Assembly (NCBI GenBank): GCA_951406725.2
Contig: OX597825.1
Span: 9,052,001-9,116,000 of the forward strand
Direction: 5' to 3'
Length of the DNA stretch: 64,000 bases
From: Octopus vulgaris
Lineage: Eukaryota
Position 1 is the stretch's first letter. The number at the start of each line of letters is the position of its first letter. Below, piece after piece: positions 23,874-38,756 of this stretch. The position numbers and the translations under genes were made by a program. The notes beneath the pieces were generated by a model. The model saw only the letters and a program-made list of their open reading frames with translations. It was not told where the DNA came from and did not search any database.

Positions 23874-26799
23874 ACACACAATTCTATTATTTACCAGATA
23901 TTTTAGACCATCGGAGTAAATGTGTTTTAAAACAATTTAGTATTTATTTTCACGTGGAAACTGAGTCGAAATGGATTTTCAGGTTTATATTTCCTAGAAT
24001 CTTACATACACTAATTTTAACTTTCAAATTATCATTTAAATCCCCGACACAAATCTATGCATGTGATTGTTGTTGAGCATGCATTGATAGAGTGCATGTC
24101 TCATGAAAACATTACGGCGCGGTTAGAAGCGGGAAGAAATATTTACGGGGCTGGGGAAATGTGATAAATCTTCACGCATTTATTTTCTGATTATTAATAA
24201 ATATAGCCATTGTGTTCTACGTTTTCGATCCAAATATCCATGATAATACAGAGTACAATACGGTTTGCTATCTACAAAGCTATTGTCAGTGAGGAAACGT
24301 TCTTGTAATTTCAAATAAAAAACACCGGCGTTAAAATTCTACATATTTCCTGACCTTTCATATTTGTCAATAGACTTTAATAGTGACTTACCGTAAGATT
24401 TAACATACGTTTAAGTTGTTTTACCAAAGGTTTTTAATTTTAAAATATTTGTTATGAAATATCAATGATTCAAAATTTTTGTTATAAATATTCTTGTTGG
24501 CGTAAACAAATACTTTACGAATTGTTCGTATTAATGTCTTGCCTGCAGATATGTTTAATAATACACAATTCAAACTTAATGAAACATATTTGCTCGCAGA
24601 AATATATTCATAATTATGTATAGTTGTATAAATATAGATGAATATGTTACACATAGAATGAGTGAGAGAGAGAGAGAGAGAAGGGAGAGGGAATTGTATA
24701 CATTTCTGATCATTTAGTGAACAAGATCAACAAACCGAATATTACAACAGATAACAGACAACTCCCTGAAAGACAATGGCTTCCCAATTCCCGCAGATTA
24801 TGTCAGCAATCCAAGATACATGCATTGAATATGGCTGAGGCGATTGTACAAAAATAACATCTTCAGGAATACGAACGAAAAACATTTAAACAATGGAATG
24901 CGTAAAGTCAGTTACAAGTAAAATTACTCCAAGAAAATTAATAAGATTGCGATAAATAAAGAGGGAGTAAGAGATAACAACATAGGACATCGAAAATAAT
25001 ATGAAGCCTAATGTTGTCTTTTTTACAAATTTACAAAGCAAGCAGTTTAATTACTCAATAAAAACCAACTTTATAACTGCAGAATAAATATTTATTGCTC
25101 TACGTAACTTAGATACACTTCATGATCTTTTTGAGAACATTAACGTCACGTAAAATTCTGAAGGAGACATTTATTCACGAAGGAGATAATGGTGAAAAGA
25201 GAATATATTCAGATCACACAGTCTTTTCGTGGTGATTTGAGAGAAGAAGTGATTCTGCTCTCAGACTTTCTGTTCAAGAAGTAGACGTTGTCATACGCAT
25301 CAGTTTCACCATTAAAATTGACGTTAAAAAAAAGCTGTTAAAACATTCTAATATATAAATCCATAGTTTGCAAAGTTTTACAAGAAATTCATTTATAAAT
25401 CCACGGAATCTCGAGAATCTGCAAAATGTTGGTTCTCTGGAAATTCCTTTCCTTTTGTGTATTTCATACAGCTTTTAACCTGCTGCAGTTTAAAGCCCTT
25501 TTCACACTATTAATCTCACTGAGAGGAAATGTAGGGCTCGTGTGCTTTCTACTACCGCATTGGAATTTGAACTCAGAACATGGAGACAGACGAAATGCCG
25601 CTAACGTTTCAGCTAGTTTACTGTCTTGTAACCTGTTCCCAGACGTAACAGTCACAAAGAATGAAAATGCAGGAGAAAGGAACAGAAAAACAGCAAGATA
25701 GATTGGGGTAACACAGGAGGGGAGGAAGGGATATAAATGGGAAAATACAGAACTTAGGGAAGGGAAATATTTAAGATGAAATTAAAAGTGTGAGAGAATG
25801 ACGGTGAGTAGTGAGTCATTCTGTGTATCTTTCTGAATCGTACGTGATACTGTTTTTACCTCGGGGTCAGATATATTCATAAGGAGACAGAAAACATTAA
25901 AAAATAATAAAAAGGTATGTCTAGAGACATACTGTCTAGAAATCACTTAAAATAGATATATATATATATATATAGACAGATAGAGAGAGAGGAATTAGTG
26001 AGAGAAGTGGAATCAGAAAGGAAGTACACGTGTAAATGAATTGTTTGTGAGATGCTACATATTTATTATGAAGTTGTAATGGAAAAAGTGAATATTCCAA
26101 AAGAGACATTATCATATAATCTAGACAGATAAATGGAACGTTGTATGCTACGTGCTGCTAGAGGGGAATAACAGATGTAAAGTCGTAAAAAAATATACAA
26201 GCAATGTTGAAAATAATACGAAGAATGAAAAAAAAATGGGGTTGTAAAGTAAAGAATAGGATAGTAAGGGAAGCATATATGACAAATACTGGAAGTTAGA
26301 AGTAAAATTTCAGTTACAACGATGTCGTTGTTGTAAATAAATACAGTGTGATACAATAAAGGAATAAAATGAAGTAACGCAAATCCAAAAAAAAAAACGA
26401 CATCACATATGCAAGCATGAAAAATATTCAAATACTGTGTAAATGTTGACAATCTTCCGTAGAGAATATCATGTCCTTTTTTGGATATTGAGAAATACAA
26501 CAAACGGAAGCACAATGAAATACTATAATTTTAAGAAGAAAAAATATTTATGGTAGAATCAGATAAAATAAATTGCAATTTTTCCATGCTTTTGATTTTG
26601 TTCTTTCGGTTCCACTCGTTCCTCGCCGAGAATCTTCCATTTAATTTCGTTCTATGTACAATCATTTCCATTCATATGTGTAACCACTGCCACTTCTTTT
26701 CCCGTCATTCTTTTCTTTTTCTATCTCTCTGTCAACTCATTCAGCTCTTTGCTCATTCCATAACAACTTGCTCAACTGCCATATTTATAAGACGAAATA

Positions 26800-26990
26800 C
26801 TGGTTTCAAATTTTGGCACAAAGCCAGCAAAGTATATCGATTACAACGACTGGTACCTATTTTATCGATCCCAAAATGACGCAAGGAAAAATTGAGCACG
26901 ACTGAATTTGAACACAGAACATAAAGACGAACGAACGAAATGCCGCCGTCCATCTTGACCGACATGCTAACGATTCGACCAAATCGTTTC
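26800..26990 (-). mobile_element. Old SINE family B' copy
   Basis: GGTTTCAAATTTTGGCACAAAGCCAGC tail plus a degenerate Meta-like core. Confidence 0.65.
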
Positions 26991-27789
26991 CTTATTTATA
27001 CATCGAGATGTTAGAATTTTAGTAATTATTACTCTGTCATTGATCACATTTTATCAATCTATCAACCTTCAAACTATTTTTTGAATACAGTGTATTTTCT
27101 TTGTTATTTTTGTTTTTCCTTTTTAATCGTCTACTTGATAATAAGAGTCAACACTACTGAAATTCTCAGTTCTGTTACTGGTATTAAATAAACATGCACA
27201 CATATGAAAACGTTCATAGAGACATGTATTTGTTTATCTACCTTTATGCGTTTGTGTTTATGTATTTGTGCGCAATTGTGCGAGTTTATAGTCTAGAATA
27301 GTATTAGAGATATTAAAGACTGCACTGCCAATCGATAAAAGGCCGTTGAACTTCAGGTAACTAACGAATCGGTGTATGTGTGCTGGTATGTGTGTGTGTG
27401 CGTTTGTGTTGTGTTGTGAATGTATGTGTGCGTGCGTGTGTGTGTGTATGCCGGTGAGTTTGTGCGCTCATACGAGCTTGTGTGTTGTCTCTGTCTGCGT
27501 ATTGACAGGAAAGAGGAAAACGACAAAACACAACTCTGGTTCCTTCATCGACTGTCAATTAGAAATCTTCGACATTTCGGCACCTTGTAAAGAATTATGC
27601 TAAAATATATTTTGGGCTGTAACGGCATAAAGCGAGTGCCCCTCTTGACCCAACATATATATTAAGTACTGAACACAACCGCACACACCTGCTTTTCATA
27701 CCTTCCTATATTAATACACCTAGGCACGTGCTTTTAAACTCACTCACTCACACACACACACAAACATTAACACTTCGGTAATCTTATAT

Positions 27790-28570
27790 TTGCTGACATC
27801 TTTAGATTGCAACTTACGCACTAACTTTAAGGCTACACTTTCAGTGACTTGTAAAAACGCTTTCACCTCCGTACATCACTTCTGTGATCTTTTCACCCAT
27901 TCCTGTCCACTCTTTCAAAACCATCCAAAGTTTCTTACGCCCTCCGTGTTCTTCACACATCATGTGTATCTCACCTGACTTCTCACCTGTACATCACAGA
28001 AATTTCTTCTTATCATATATATATTTTTCCCTTTCCTCGATTACACCATTAACTAGACATTACTGGACTCTCTGCATCTTTCACTAGTGTTGCGTAACGG
28101 TTACCAATTTATTTGCTTTTTCTTCTCTTCAGAGACTTCATATTCTTAACGTTTGTTTTCAAGCTAGAGATTAAAATCTCGATCACTGCTAAAATATGTT
28201 TTCCCATCCCGATGTATTTTGCTATACGCAAGCGCACACATCAATAACACTTTCCAAATTATTCTTGTCATCCCTTGTTGCTTCGGCAGTATCATTACTC
28301 ATCGCACCTGAACTCACTCTCACCAAATTATTCACACACTTTTGCATCACCCACCTGAGCATGACTTGGCAAACACAAACAACCTTCTTCCAACGAACCA
28401 ACGCTACCCTTCTTCCAGATTTGCACACCTGCGTACACATGTTTATCCTACACCATCCCACACAACCGCACATTTCCAAACTTTCTACCCGTTCCCAGAT
28501 CCATACCCACTTCCAAACATAAGTCTGCACACCCGAATATTTCTTCATTCTGAACTTTACACGAACAGCA
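27790..28570 (-). mobile_element. Decayed RTE-like LINE ORF2 C-terminal remnant
   Basis: Frameshifted minus-strand remnants WKCxV..GVG...CTQxC (cysteine-rich insert), NLESV (LEVVDxFxYLG region) and LxWFxxV...WVKR in the expected order. Confidence 0.5.
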
Positions 28571-28629
28571 GTCATACTTGATTTCTATCTGTTCGTGCCT
28601 CATTTCTCCCTCACCCATCCCACTCACTC

Positions 28630-29255
<626 letters not shown>

Positions 29256-29279
29256 GAAACAAGGTTCTCAGAAATCTGG

Positions 29280-30155
29280 ATTACACACATGCACGAGAAC
29301 ACAAATATGCATACATCAAGCGATATTAATGCAAGGATCCCTTTTTTTACTCCCATCACCTCCACATCAGTTTACAGATTCTTATTAACATGTCAAATTT
29401 TTTTTTATATATATCATATGATAGCATTTGCATCTACTCTAGTAGAATCTTCAGATTTGAATTAGTTTGAGAGGATTCGTCTCATTTTATAGTATTACTG
29501 AGTGTATAGGGATGGGGAGAGATATAGGATAGTAAAAGAGGGTGAGGAATGGGGAGAACGTGAGAGAGAGAGAGTTTATGTGTATTGGAGTGTGTGTATG
29601 TGTGTGTGTGTATGTCTGAGTATCTAAAAGGAGCGTCAATGCAAAAGAGAAAGAAAGAAGGAAGACAGAATGTGTTTACGTCTTTACAACTGGTCAGTTC
29701 TTTCAATAGAAAGTAATGATTCTTGGCCTTTAAAAATGGCAAAACCAGGTGGCTACTCTAAGGATGAGGGGGGGCTTGATAAGAGTTATTTTTCAAAATA
29801 TGATCTAGATTTATTATCATCATCATCATCAGTGGACAAGGAAGATGATGATGATGATGATAATAAATCCAGACCATATTTTGAAAAATAAATTTTATTA
29901 ACTAAATTAAGATTGGTTCGGTTAATTAAGTTAATTCTGACCAGTTGTACCTGTTCAAACTGAGCTCAAATTCTAGCAATGGTAAATTTCATAGGTAGAT
30001 CATTTGAAACTTAACTCTTAAAGAGCGTATAGACTTCCATTGTATTTATAAATTCTTAGTAAAATGATGTGGAAGTGATGGGAGTAAAAGAAATGGATCC
30101 TTACATTAATATCGCTTGATGCATGCATATGTGTGTTCCCGTGCATATGTGTAAT
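29280..30155. repeat. ~96-bp inverted repeats (29280-29375 / 30059-30155) enclosing ~680 bp
   Basis: ATTACAC...CATCAAGCGATATTAATG(C/T)AAGGATCC...TTTTACTCCCATCAC(C/T)TCCACATCA on opposite strands. Confidence 0.85.
29786..29891. repeat. Near-perfect hairpin with ~45-bp arms
   Basis: TTATTTTTCAAAATATGATCTAGATTTATTATC(ATC)n pairs with (GAT)nAATAAATCCAGACCATATTTTGAAAAATAA; two mismatches. Confidence 0.9.
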
Positions 30156-30173
30156 ATGCAATATTTATAGATG

Positions 30174-30870
<697 letters not shown>

Positions 30871-31224
30871 TGGAGCGAGAATTGAAGAGAGATTAAACTT
30901 AAGGCTGAATTATTTTTATGCTGTTTATATGTAAGATACATTTTAAGTAGAAGTGCATCAATTTAGATAATTGAAATCCTCTTATGTTATAAATGAATGC
31001 ATTTGTTTCTATGTGTGTCTTGTAATTATTCTCTAATTTCTTGCTGAGTCAATGTCATGCGAATCTTATAATACCACCCATTTATTACTAGACTGGTTTT
31101 CCTTCTCTGTCGCTGCTTCTCCTCTGTTTCCTAGTTAAACAACAGTTAAGCAAAATTCTATATACATCTTAGTTCCCATAGTTTCACTCCTTCAGTACCG
31201 TGTGTATTATCCTTTCCGATATTT

Positions 31225-31640
31225 CTATTTCTTTACTACCCACAGGGGGCTAAAAACAGAAGGGACAAACAAGGACAGACAAACGGATTAAGTCGATTAT
31301 ATCGACACCAGTGCGTAACTGGTACTTATTTAATCGACCCCGAAAGGATGAAAGGCAATGTAGACCTCGGCGGAATTTGAACCCAGAACATAGCGGCAGA
31401 CAAAATACCTGTTTCTTTACTAACCACAAGGGGCTACACACAGAGGGGACAAACAAGGACAGACAAACGGATTAAGTCGATTATATCGACCCCACTGCGT
31501 AACTGGTACTTATTTAATCGACCCCGAAAGGATGAAAGGCAAATTCGACCTCGGCGGAATTTGAACTCAGAACGTGGCGGCAGACGAAATACCGCAAAAT
31601 ATTTAGCCCGGCGTGCTAACGATTCTGCCAGCTCACCGCC
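31225..31640 (-). mobile_element. SINE family B with duplicated body and 18-bp TSD
   Basis: TTATCCTTTC(C/T)GATATTT at 31207-31224 and 31641-31658. Confidence 0.92.
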
Positions 31641-32461
31641 TTATCCTTTCTGATATTTATTAATTATTACGAGTTTGAATTAGTCAAACTTCTGTTCGTA
31701 TATCAAAACTATCAGCTGATCACTTATTACAATATATACCCAATGCTTCACAATAACTAGTTCTTGCATACCGTACGATAACCGTTCTCGTTATTCTTTC
31801 GTATGTTGCAAGGTTCCACAGCATATGAAATACTACATGGTCAAATTTCTCGAAGAATTCTGTTTCAAACTGAACAACGCAAGTCCGTCTTATACCCAAT
31901 ATTTTAGTTCTCTTTATTAAATCGATATCCATTATCAAGAATTGAACCTGCTGTTTACCATGTCATTCTAAAGGTTTTAACTTTTGTCTTTTCTACCGTC
32001 ATGAAATCCTGCCCTACCATCCGTTCCCATTTAAGGGCACGAAAATCTATTTTGCTTTCGTTATGTAATTGATCGATAAAGAACTTTTTCCCTTGTACCT
32101 GAATTCCTTGATACTTGTGCTATACTGAAGACTTTAATCACAATGCGAATATGTTAGTGTTGGTTTTGTTTGGCATCGTTACCATTTATAAAACTGGTTT
32201 CAGTTTCATGAATTGGGTAGTTTGTTTTCTTCAGGATACATCTTTCTACAAATCGTAGAGAAATTCAACTCGAAATGTCTTGCAGATATACGTATACTAT
32301 AAGATATGAGATTAATTATGAAGTGGCAAACTCGGGTAGGAATTTGACAGCTGCATACATATCGCCATGATTAACTGGATGATGTTGAGTACCCAATGCT
32401 TAATTGGATAAGATAAAATTCGTACTCAAATCACCAACTTGTAGCCTCCATATATAGTATA

Positions 32462-34976
32462 CTAGCTGAATTACCTTGTAATACCCGGAAAAGCGAGGGT
32501 TATTTCCAGTTCCCGTTCCCTTTACACTGTTTCGTGTCCTATCCCGTTCCCTTTTTTGCTCCAGTTTAAATTACAAACAGATTTACAAATACACGGTGAA
32601 GCGGGATACATTCACAAATACTGGCAAGTAATACAGTTGATTCATAAAATTGATTGATTGTAACGGTAAGGTAATATCGAAGTTGAATTGGTGGATGGCT
32701 GGAAGGATGAGAGGATTGACGATGTGCAACTATGAAACAGTTCATTGATGGTTGATTTTTATCAAGTTTGCTGAGCCTCTTCATATACTTCATGTTTGGT
32801 CTTGCCTTCTGGAGTATATTTACTTCCTGTGGTGCCGTTCGTTATACGAATACAATTTTGATAACATCCTACACACAAGTTAATCGAAGAATGGTTTCGG
32901 TGCTTTCTATCTTTCAGGTTATCATTCGAACGTTCGAAAATGTAATCAGCGAGTGCGCTGATGATAAATGCATCTGCAGCTTTATCTCCACTTTAAACGT
33001 TCATTTGTGATAAACTCTCATTTATCATTCTTTTACATGATCTGGATATTCTTTTTGTTGGTGATGAGCCAACCAACAAAATCGTTATTATTCTATGATC
33101 AGTCAAAATTATTATCCCGTTATCATCGTTTAAATGCTAGTGATTAATTCAAATTTATTTTGAGTCGATCTAATAGATTTAATATTCGTAACTGAACAGC
33201 TGATTCAAAATTTAGGGGTATCAATGAACCGCGCTGTTGAGTCCCCATGAATGGTAAAATAAATAAATCCCTCAAAAATCCTAAGTGGTATGAAAGAATG
33301 GATAAATTTTATGAATTTGTAAGTCACGGAACGTAGCATTTCCATTGTCGTTAGAAAAATATTGCAATTAATGTTGTTGAAATCATTAATCACATCAATT
33401 TGAGTAACGTACACATAAGATTAAGATATGTGTCCTTAAGATTAATACCACAGGAGCCTCATCTAGACCTATGACGTTTGATAATTTCACTTTAACATTT
33501 TGTTGACTGTACAATGGAATGTTATTACTAGATATTATTAAAAGTAACAGAAATTGTAATGAATGATTTTATTAGATTTGTTCCGACGTCAAACGAGTTT
33601 GAAAGTTAAAATGGTTTTTAAACTTTGGATTCTTATTTTCTTTCCAAAATTATTTTTCCCTTTTTATAACTTGCTTATTAGTCCTTGCCTGGATGACTGC
33701 TGTCACATACAAAATAGGGATTTGGCACGTCTCCTTTTCTCGATGATCCATTTTAGCAGTCCCTTTTCTCAACTTATTGGTAATGTTTACCACCTCTATT
33801 TCAATCTCACCCTCACCATCAAGAAATTTCTTTTATATCTCTCTTCCTATAAATACTTCTACCGTTGTAGTTCCGTTAATATCTTTTCGCTTCCTCCTAC
33901 TATTAAAATTATTTATCGAGCGAGACTATTTGTCTTTTGTTTGCTTACACAAGAATGCCATGACAATGTTAAAATCGAGAATATTTTAGAAGATTTATTC
34001 CCCTGAGGAATGGTAGGCTTCTCAGAGTTGTAGAGTCGGTGAGTGTTGTCGAGTCCTAAATTTAACAACAGGTAAAGATAAAAATATCTAAGGATAAACA
34101 TGTAATCCCTTTCTCGACGATCTGCGCCACATTCGTGGACATCAAGGAACATTATAGATGTCATCTGAATATCCACAGATGAACCGGGCAAAACATCAGT
34201 TTTATACTCAATGTTGCCATTGCTTTCATTCAATATTGGGATTTGGCTTTATTTTACATAATTTTATTGCTTGAAATTACATTCGTTACGTGTATTCCTC
34301 AAGCAATTGACACTCGAATGAATAATTTAATTAAATAATCTACTTCTTTCCTCCCTGAATTCGTTTTACTCACTGTTACTTTGATCATCTTTTTGTCTCT
34401 TTCTCCTTCATTCTCCTCTTTCTCTCTCACCCTCTCTCTCACTTTCTCTTTCTCATTCTCTCTCCTTCTCTCAACATGTCTCTCTATATCAAACTACAAG
34501 TGAAAGGTTCACTGCTGTGTCACGACATTTTATTGTATATATTCACTACAGAGTATTGCATTTGGTTAAACCAGTAAATATTTTAAGACATTAAATTTTT
34601 TACTAATATCTCTCTCATCTATTTACATGCTATCAAATGATAGCATAAATAGGATCTTTTAACTATTAAATTTCTGCCACGTTAACCAAGTTTTTATTTC
34701 AACGGATCAATATATTATATGGCATATTTGATACCAGTGAATATCCCGATGATTATACATAATATATCTATATACACAAGATATTCGAGGATAGAAAAGG
34801 AGGAAATATCCATCATGTTTCAGTCCAAATCGGATTTGTTTTAGCAATGTACATCTTGTCCCAATATACACCGATACATAGTTTATCCACTTAGAGCTGA
34901 AATCCCGAATAGAATACCAACATGAATGTACAGGCGTTTCCCCTATTTCTGTCCTAGAATATAGTGATTATATAGA
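32462..34976 (-). mobile_element. Decayed Helitron with Pif1-like helicase remnants
   Basis: Minus-strand 5' A|TCTATATAAT at 34976 and 3' ...CCGGGTATTACAAGGTAATTCAGCTAG|T at 32462. Internal remnants in order: CDSSHP, LTSEQ and VIGLDEAPV (WDEAPM helicase motif II-like). Confidence 0.55.
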
Positions 34977-37383
34977 TATATTATTATTAGTTAGGCTGGT
35001 CGTTAAAGTCAAAGATGACCAGATTATCACCTTTATACTTTATGGTCCTTACTTCACTTATTACGCCAATTTTGGCGGGAAATCCTCGGTTGCATTGGGG
35101 GCACGTAAAAGCGGAGTCAGAACTCCTCTTTTTTACTTCTTGATCAAATCTGATTCCCAGTACTGTATTCTCCAGAGTACGGATTCAGAGCACTGTGTTC
35201 TCCACGCCTCAGTAAGCGTTCTTGAGCAAGATATTTCCCCGTAGACTTCACTAAGTTACCCTTTTTCAAAGTTGCCTTGATTGTATCTTTCTATATATTC
35301 TTTGACCCACCTCATGATCGAAAGCCAACTGGTTGTTCACCAAATATGATCTACTTGGGGCGTCTGGAGTCAGGCATGCGCATCACACGTCCACTCCACC
35401 GCAACTGGAATTTACTAAGAAAAGCATACATGCATGTATTGCATGCATTCATCCAATGATGGGGTTTTGGTTAATAATTCTCACAAATGTGTTTTATAGT
35501 GTATTATCCTAACGAAACTAATTACTGTTACCATGTTTGTTATTTAGTAAGTTGTACGAGAAGTCACAAAACATTATAATATAGCAATTGTTCTATCTAT
35601 TACATTTTAACCTCTCATACTAAGCTATATCTGCACAGAAAGCTACACGCCACGCACAATTGCTGGCAAAATATCGAGGAGACTGTGAATATGTATGCAG
35701 AGCTATTCCTTGTTTTTCTCTCTACGAACATATTTTTTATGAAAACGTATTTCGTATATCTAACAGCGTTCTCTAATAAATTTATTGATATATGTATATA
35801 TTGATACTACTTTACAGCAATAAAACGTTTAAGCCGAAAAATGTTATTTATGAGAGGATATACATTCAACATTTAAATAAACTTTTGGAAACATACTTCA
35901 CACCAGAATTATAAAACAAATTCCTCGCTACATAATTTCGTTAAAACTTACAAAAATGCTGACCAGAAAACGGGGGGTTAAAATTATTTTCTGCTCTAAA
36001 CCGTAAACCTACTGACAAGATACGAACATATGACAGCGCAATCATCAGATCAAACGCTATCAAGCCGAAGCTAAGTGTTTGACAAGCAAATACAAATAAT
36101 CTAAGATATACACAATTATTAAATACTCGTTGATGTTTTAAATGTTTTTCTTTCAATTATACGGTATTTCACCTAATTTCCAAACTTCGTTCAATATGTG
36201 GTTTTACGTTTATAGTCTCACTTCATTTTCCATTTAATTTTTCTGTTGACTATTTAAACTTGTCTGATGATTCTTAAGTGGCAATTGCAATTACTTTCAA
36301 TATATATTCAACTACATTATATTCTATTTATATATTTTATTTTCACGTTCGTAGAAACCATTAAATTCAAATGGTTTTCTGCTCAAAAGCACTCATGTAA
36401 CTCTCATCATTAAGCACAATAAGGTAATTATGAACGCAATTTACACATGTATCTAATTTTTGTTTATTTCTTTCCTTCACTAAAATCATGTCTATCTCAG
36501 AAAGAATTAAAATAAAACATAAAATTTGAGAAGAGAAAACAACTTCGCATCGTAGAGACCATTGTATTGCTTTATATTTTCTTCATTTTACAGCATCTTT
36601 ACATACAGGTCGTGATTGCATACAGATCGTCCATTAATTAAATATTCAATAATACATTTAAAAGCTGCGAGTCAGTGTTGTAGTAGAAAACGATATGAAA
36701 TGGACATAGGGGGGGTTATGAGAAGGATACTCTGCAAACTTTGGAATTTATTATACGTAAGACATGGAAATCCTTTAAAGAAAACGTGTCGAGAAATATA
36801 AAAGCCTTTGTGTTAATATTGATTAGTTTTTATATTATATTTTGTAAAAAACTGAAAAGCACTTCGAATATTTTGTGTCATATATTTAGGTGTCCGTGTG
36901 ACGATTATTCATACGTACACAAAAAATATCTTATACCAGGTGACTGACATTCACATATAATAAACCGAAGGAAATTGGTGATATAAACTGAGTCAATTAA
37001 TAAGTGAAAACAGTGGTTCAGAAATAAAAGATGTCACGTCAAAACTTCTGTATGATTTGATTGTAGAGTTGTTGGAATTACGACTCACGGGAAATATGCT
37101 TCGTATCGTTGCTAGTGAATAGTTGCACAATTGTTGTTGTATGTATATGATATTAATTGCTTTCTGTATATTTTATCATGACTTCGCAATACAAACCCAG
37201 TTCACTGTGTACCGTTAGTGGTTGTATTGCATTGAATATATTCTAGGTAATAGATTAAGCCTGCTACTTATTCAGGTGTAAGTCACAAAGCATATATGAA
37301 CGAAGGAACGTGTATATATATATATATATCTGCATACATGTAAAAAACTTAATTGTATACATACGTATATATATGTATGTATG

Positions 37384-37440
<57 letters not shown>

Positions 37441-37472
37441 ATACATACACCATACACACACATATGTATATA

Positions 37473-37853
37473 AAGGGCTTGGACAAAATAATGGGAACAC
37501 CTAGCATCATAACATCATAATTTCGAAAATAATTTCAATGTTACTGAAAAGGACGAGAACGTTGAGCAAGTTATCTGGTAACCACAGTCCCCAAATCTCA
37601 ATATTATTGAACATGTATTATGCATGTTAGAAAAAGAAGTAAGGAGTCGATATCGTACACCATCATCACTACAAGAACTGGACACTTTTTCAGCTGAAGA
37701 ATGGACATAAATTCATTTGAAAAAAATTCAAACTTTGTACAAGCCCATATATCGTAGAATTCAAGCTGTAATTACTGCCAACGGCGGTCCTACCACATAT
37801 TAAAATAAATCTATTTGAAATTTTAAGGTGTTTCCACTATTTTCCAACCCCTG
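37473..37853 (+). mobile_element. Internally deleted Tc1-like DNA transposon with both TIRs
   Basis: Left TIR AAGGGCTTGGACAAAATAATGGGAACACC; right TIR reverse complement CAGGGGTTGGAAAATAGTGGAAACACC. Internal W*PQSPNLNIIEH...EEW...RRIQAVITANGGPTTY is a Tc1 C-terminus. Confidence 0.9.
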
Positions 37854-37854
37854 T

Positions 37855-37922
37855 TTATATATATATATATTTATATATATATATATATATATAAAATATA
37901 TACATACATACATGCATACATG

Positions 37923-37972
<50 letters not shown>

Positions 37973-37974
37973 TA

Positions 37975-38060
<86 letters not shown>
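37855..38060. repeat. Interrupted (TA)n microsatellite
   Basis: Directly visible. Confidence 0.95.
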
Positions 38061-38061
<1 letters not shown>

Positions 38062-38127
38062 CATATGGTATAATGATAAACAGGGAACATTCTAGCCATT
38101 TCTCCGCAGACAGAAAAAATGAGGAAC

Positions 38128-38172
38128 AACCTTAATCGATTTTCGAACCTGGTTGTGTTCTCAACAGATGCG
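38128..38172 (-). ncRNA. Degenerate minimal hammerhead-like motif
   Basis: Minus strand: CUGUUGA, stem II GAAC/GUUC, GAA, perfect palindrome AAUCGAUU (stem III), A17. Stem I is poorly paired and A6 is U. Confidence 0.5.
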
Positions 38173-38429
38173 TCTACACCATTCTGACAGTCTCCAGGGA
38201 AACAAGCAGCCAAACTGTTTATATACTCAGCAAATGCAGCGGTTACTCTATATAAAAGTCGCTAGTTTGCACACTGAAAGTGTTTAGTACTCTATAAATT
38301 GCAGCAGCCTGTCAAAGGGGATCTTAGTTCACACAGTATCAAGATTTGATATAATAATTACGTATCATATGCTATAATTATGAACAGGGCAACTTTTCAC
38401 CATTTCTCCGCAGACTGAAAAATTATTGA

Positions 38430-38475
38430 AACCTTAATCGGTTTTCGAAGGTTATTGGTTTCTCATCAGAGATGT
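38430..38475 (-). ncRNA. Minimal hammerhead-like motif
   Basis: Minus strand: stem I AUCU/AGGU, CUGAUGA, stem II GAA/UUC, GAA, near-palindrome AACCGAUU, triplet UUA. Confidence 0.6.
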
Positions 38476-38524
38476 CCACACACACACACGCATATACATG
38501 TCGCCATGTTGATTCGGTAGCTTC

Positions 38525-38709
38525 TGCACGCATTGTTTCCTCTCCTTGTTTCTCTCCGTGTTTCTTTTCTGTGTATCTTTCTGTTGAAGAGCGTAGACTC
38601 GAAACGTAAAAGACTTGTTTTATTTATATTCCTGAGCGCCATACTAATACAATTGTTTGTTTGTATTCCACCTGCCTTCGTATTTTGTTTATTTTCATAA
38701 AGCTTCCCG

Positions 38710-38712
<3 letters not shown>
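38525..38712 (+). mobile_element. Short Penelope-pLTR-like repeat, family E, ending in (TA)n
   Basis: Homologous to 46820-46965 (TTTCT...CTTTCTGTNGAAGAGCGTAG...CGAAA...AAAGAC...ATACTAATACA...GTTATATATA). Confidence 0.6.
38576..38613 (+). ncRNA. Variant minimal hammerhead-like motif
   Basis: Stem I UCUUU/AAAGA; core CUGUUGA plus an extra A; stem II GAG/CUC; GAA; palindromic ACGU stem III; triplet GUA. Confidence 0.55.

Positions 38713-38756
<44 letters not shown>

Larger units (their letters stand above)
38062..38478 (-). mobile_element. Partial-tandem element (~115-bp repeats 38062-38180 / 38366-38478), each repeat with a hammerhead-like motif; Penelope pLTR or retrozyme-like
   Basis: Both repeats share CATATG.TATAAT...AACAGGG...CCATTTCTCCGCAGAC.GAAAAA...AACCTTAATCG.TTTTCGAA. 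Confidence 0.6.

Noticed and set aside
24700-25200. Possible Penelope RT C-terminal remnant (LNMAxxICT-like)
   Set aside because: Needs several assumed frameshifts; not supportable by eye.
26030-26500. Possible RTE C-terminal remnant (MERCMLR...)
   Set aside because: Only one short motif in A-rich sequence.
29410-29460. Minus-strand CUGAAGA followed by a UCUAC/GUAGA stem
   Set aside because: No proper GAAA box and no stem I or stem III pairing; not called a hammerhead.
29670-29891. 73-aa ORF with Ser and Asp runs
   Set aside because: Fully explained by the (ATC)n/(GAT)n hairpin.
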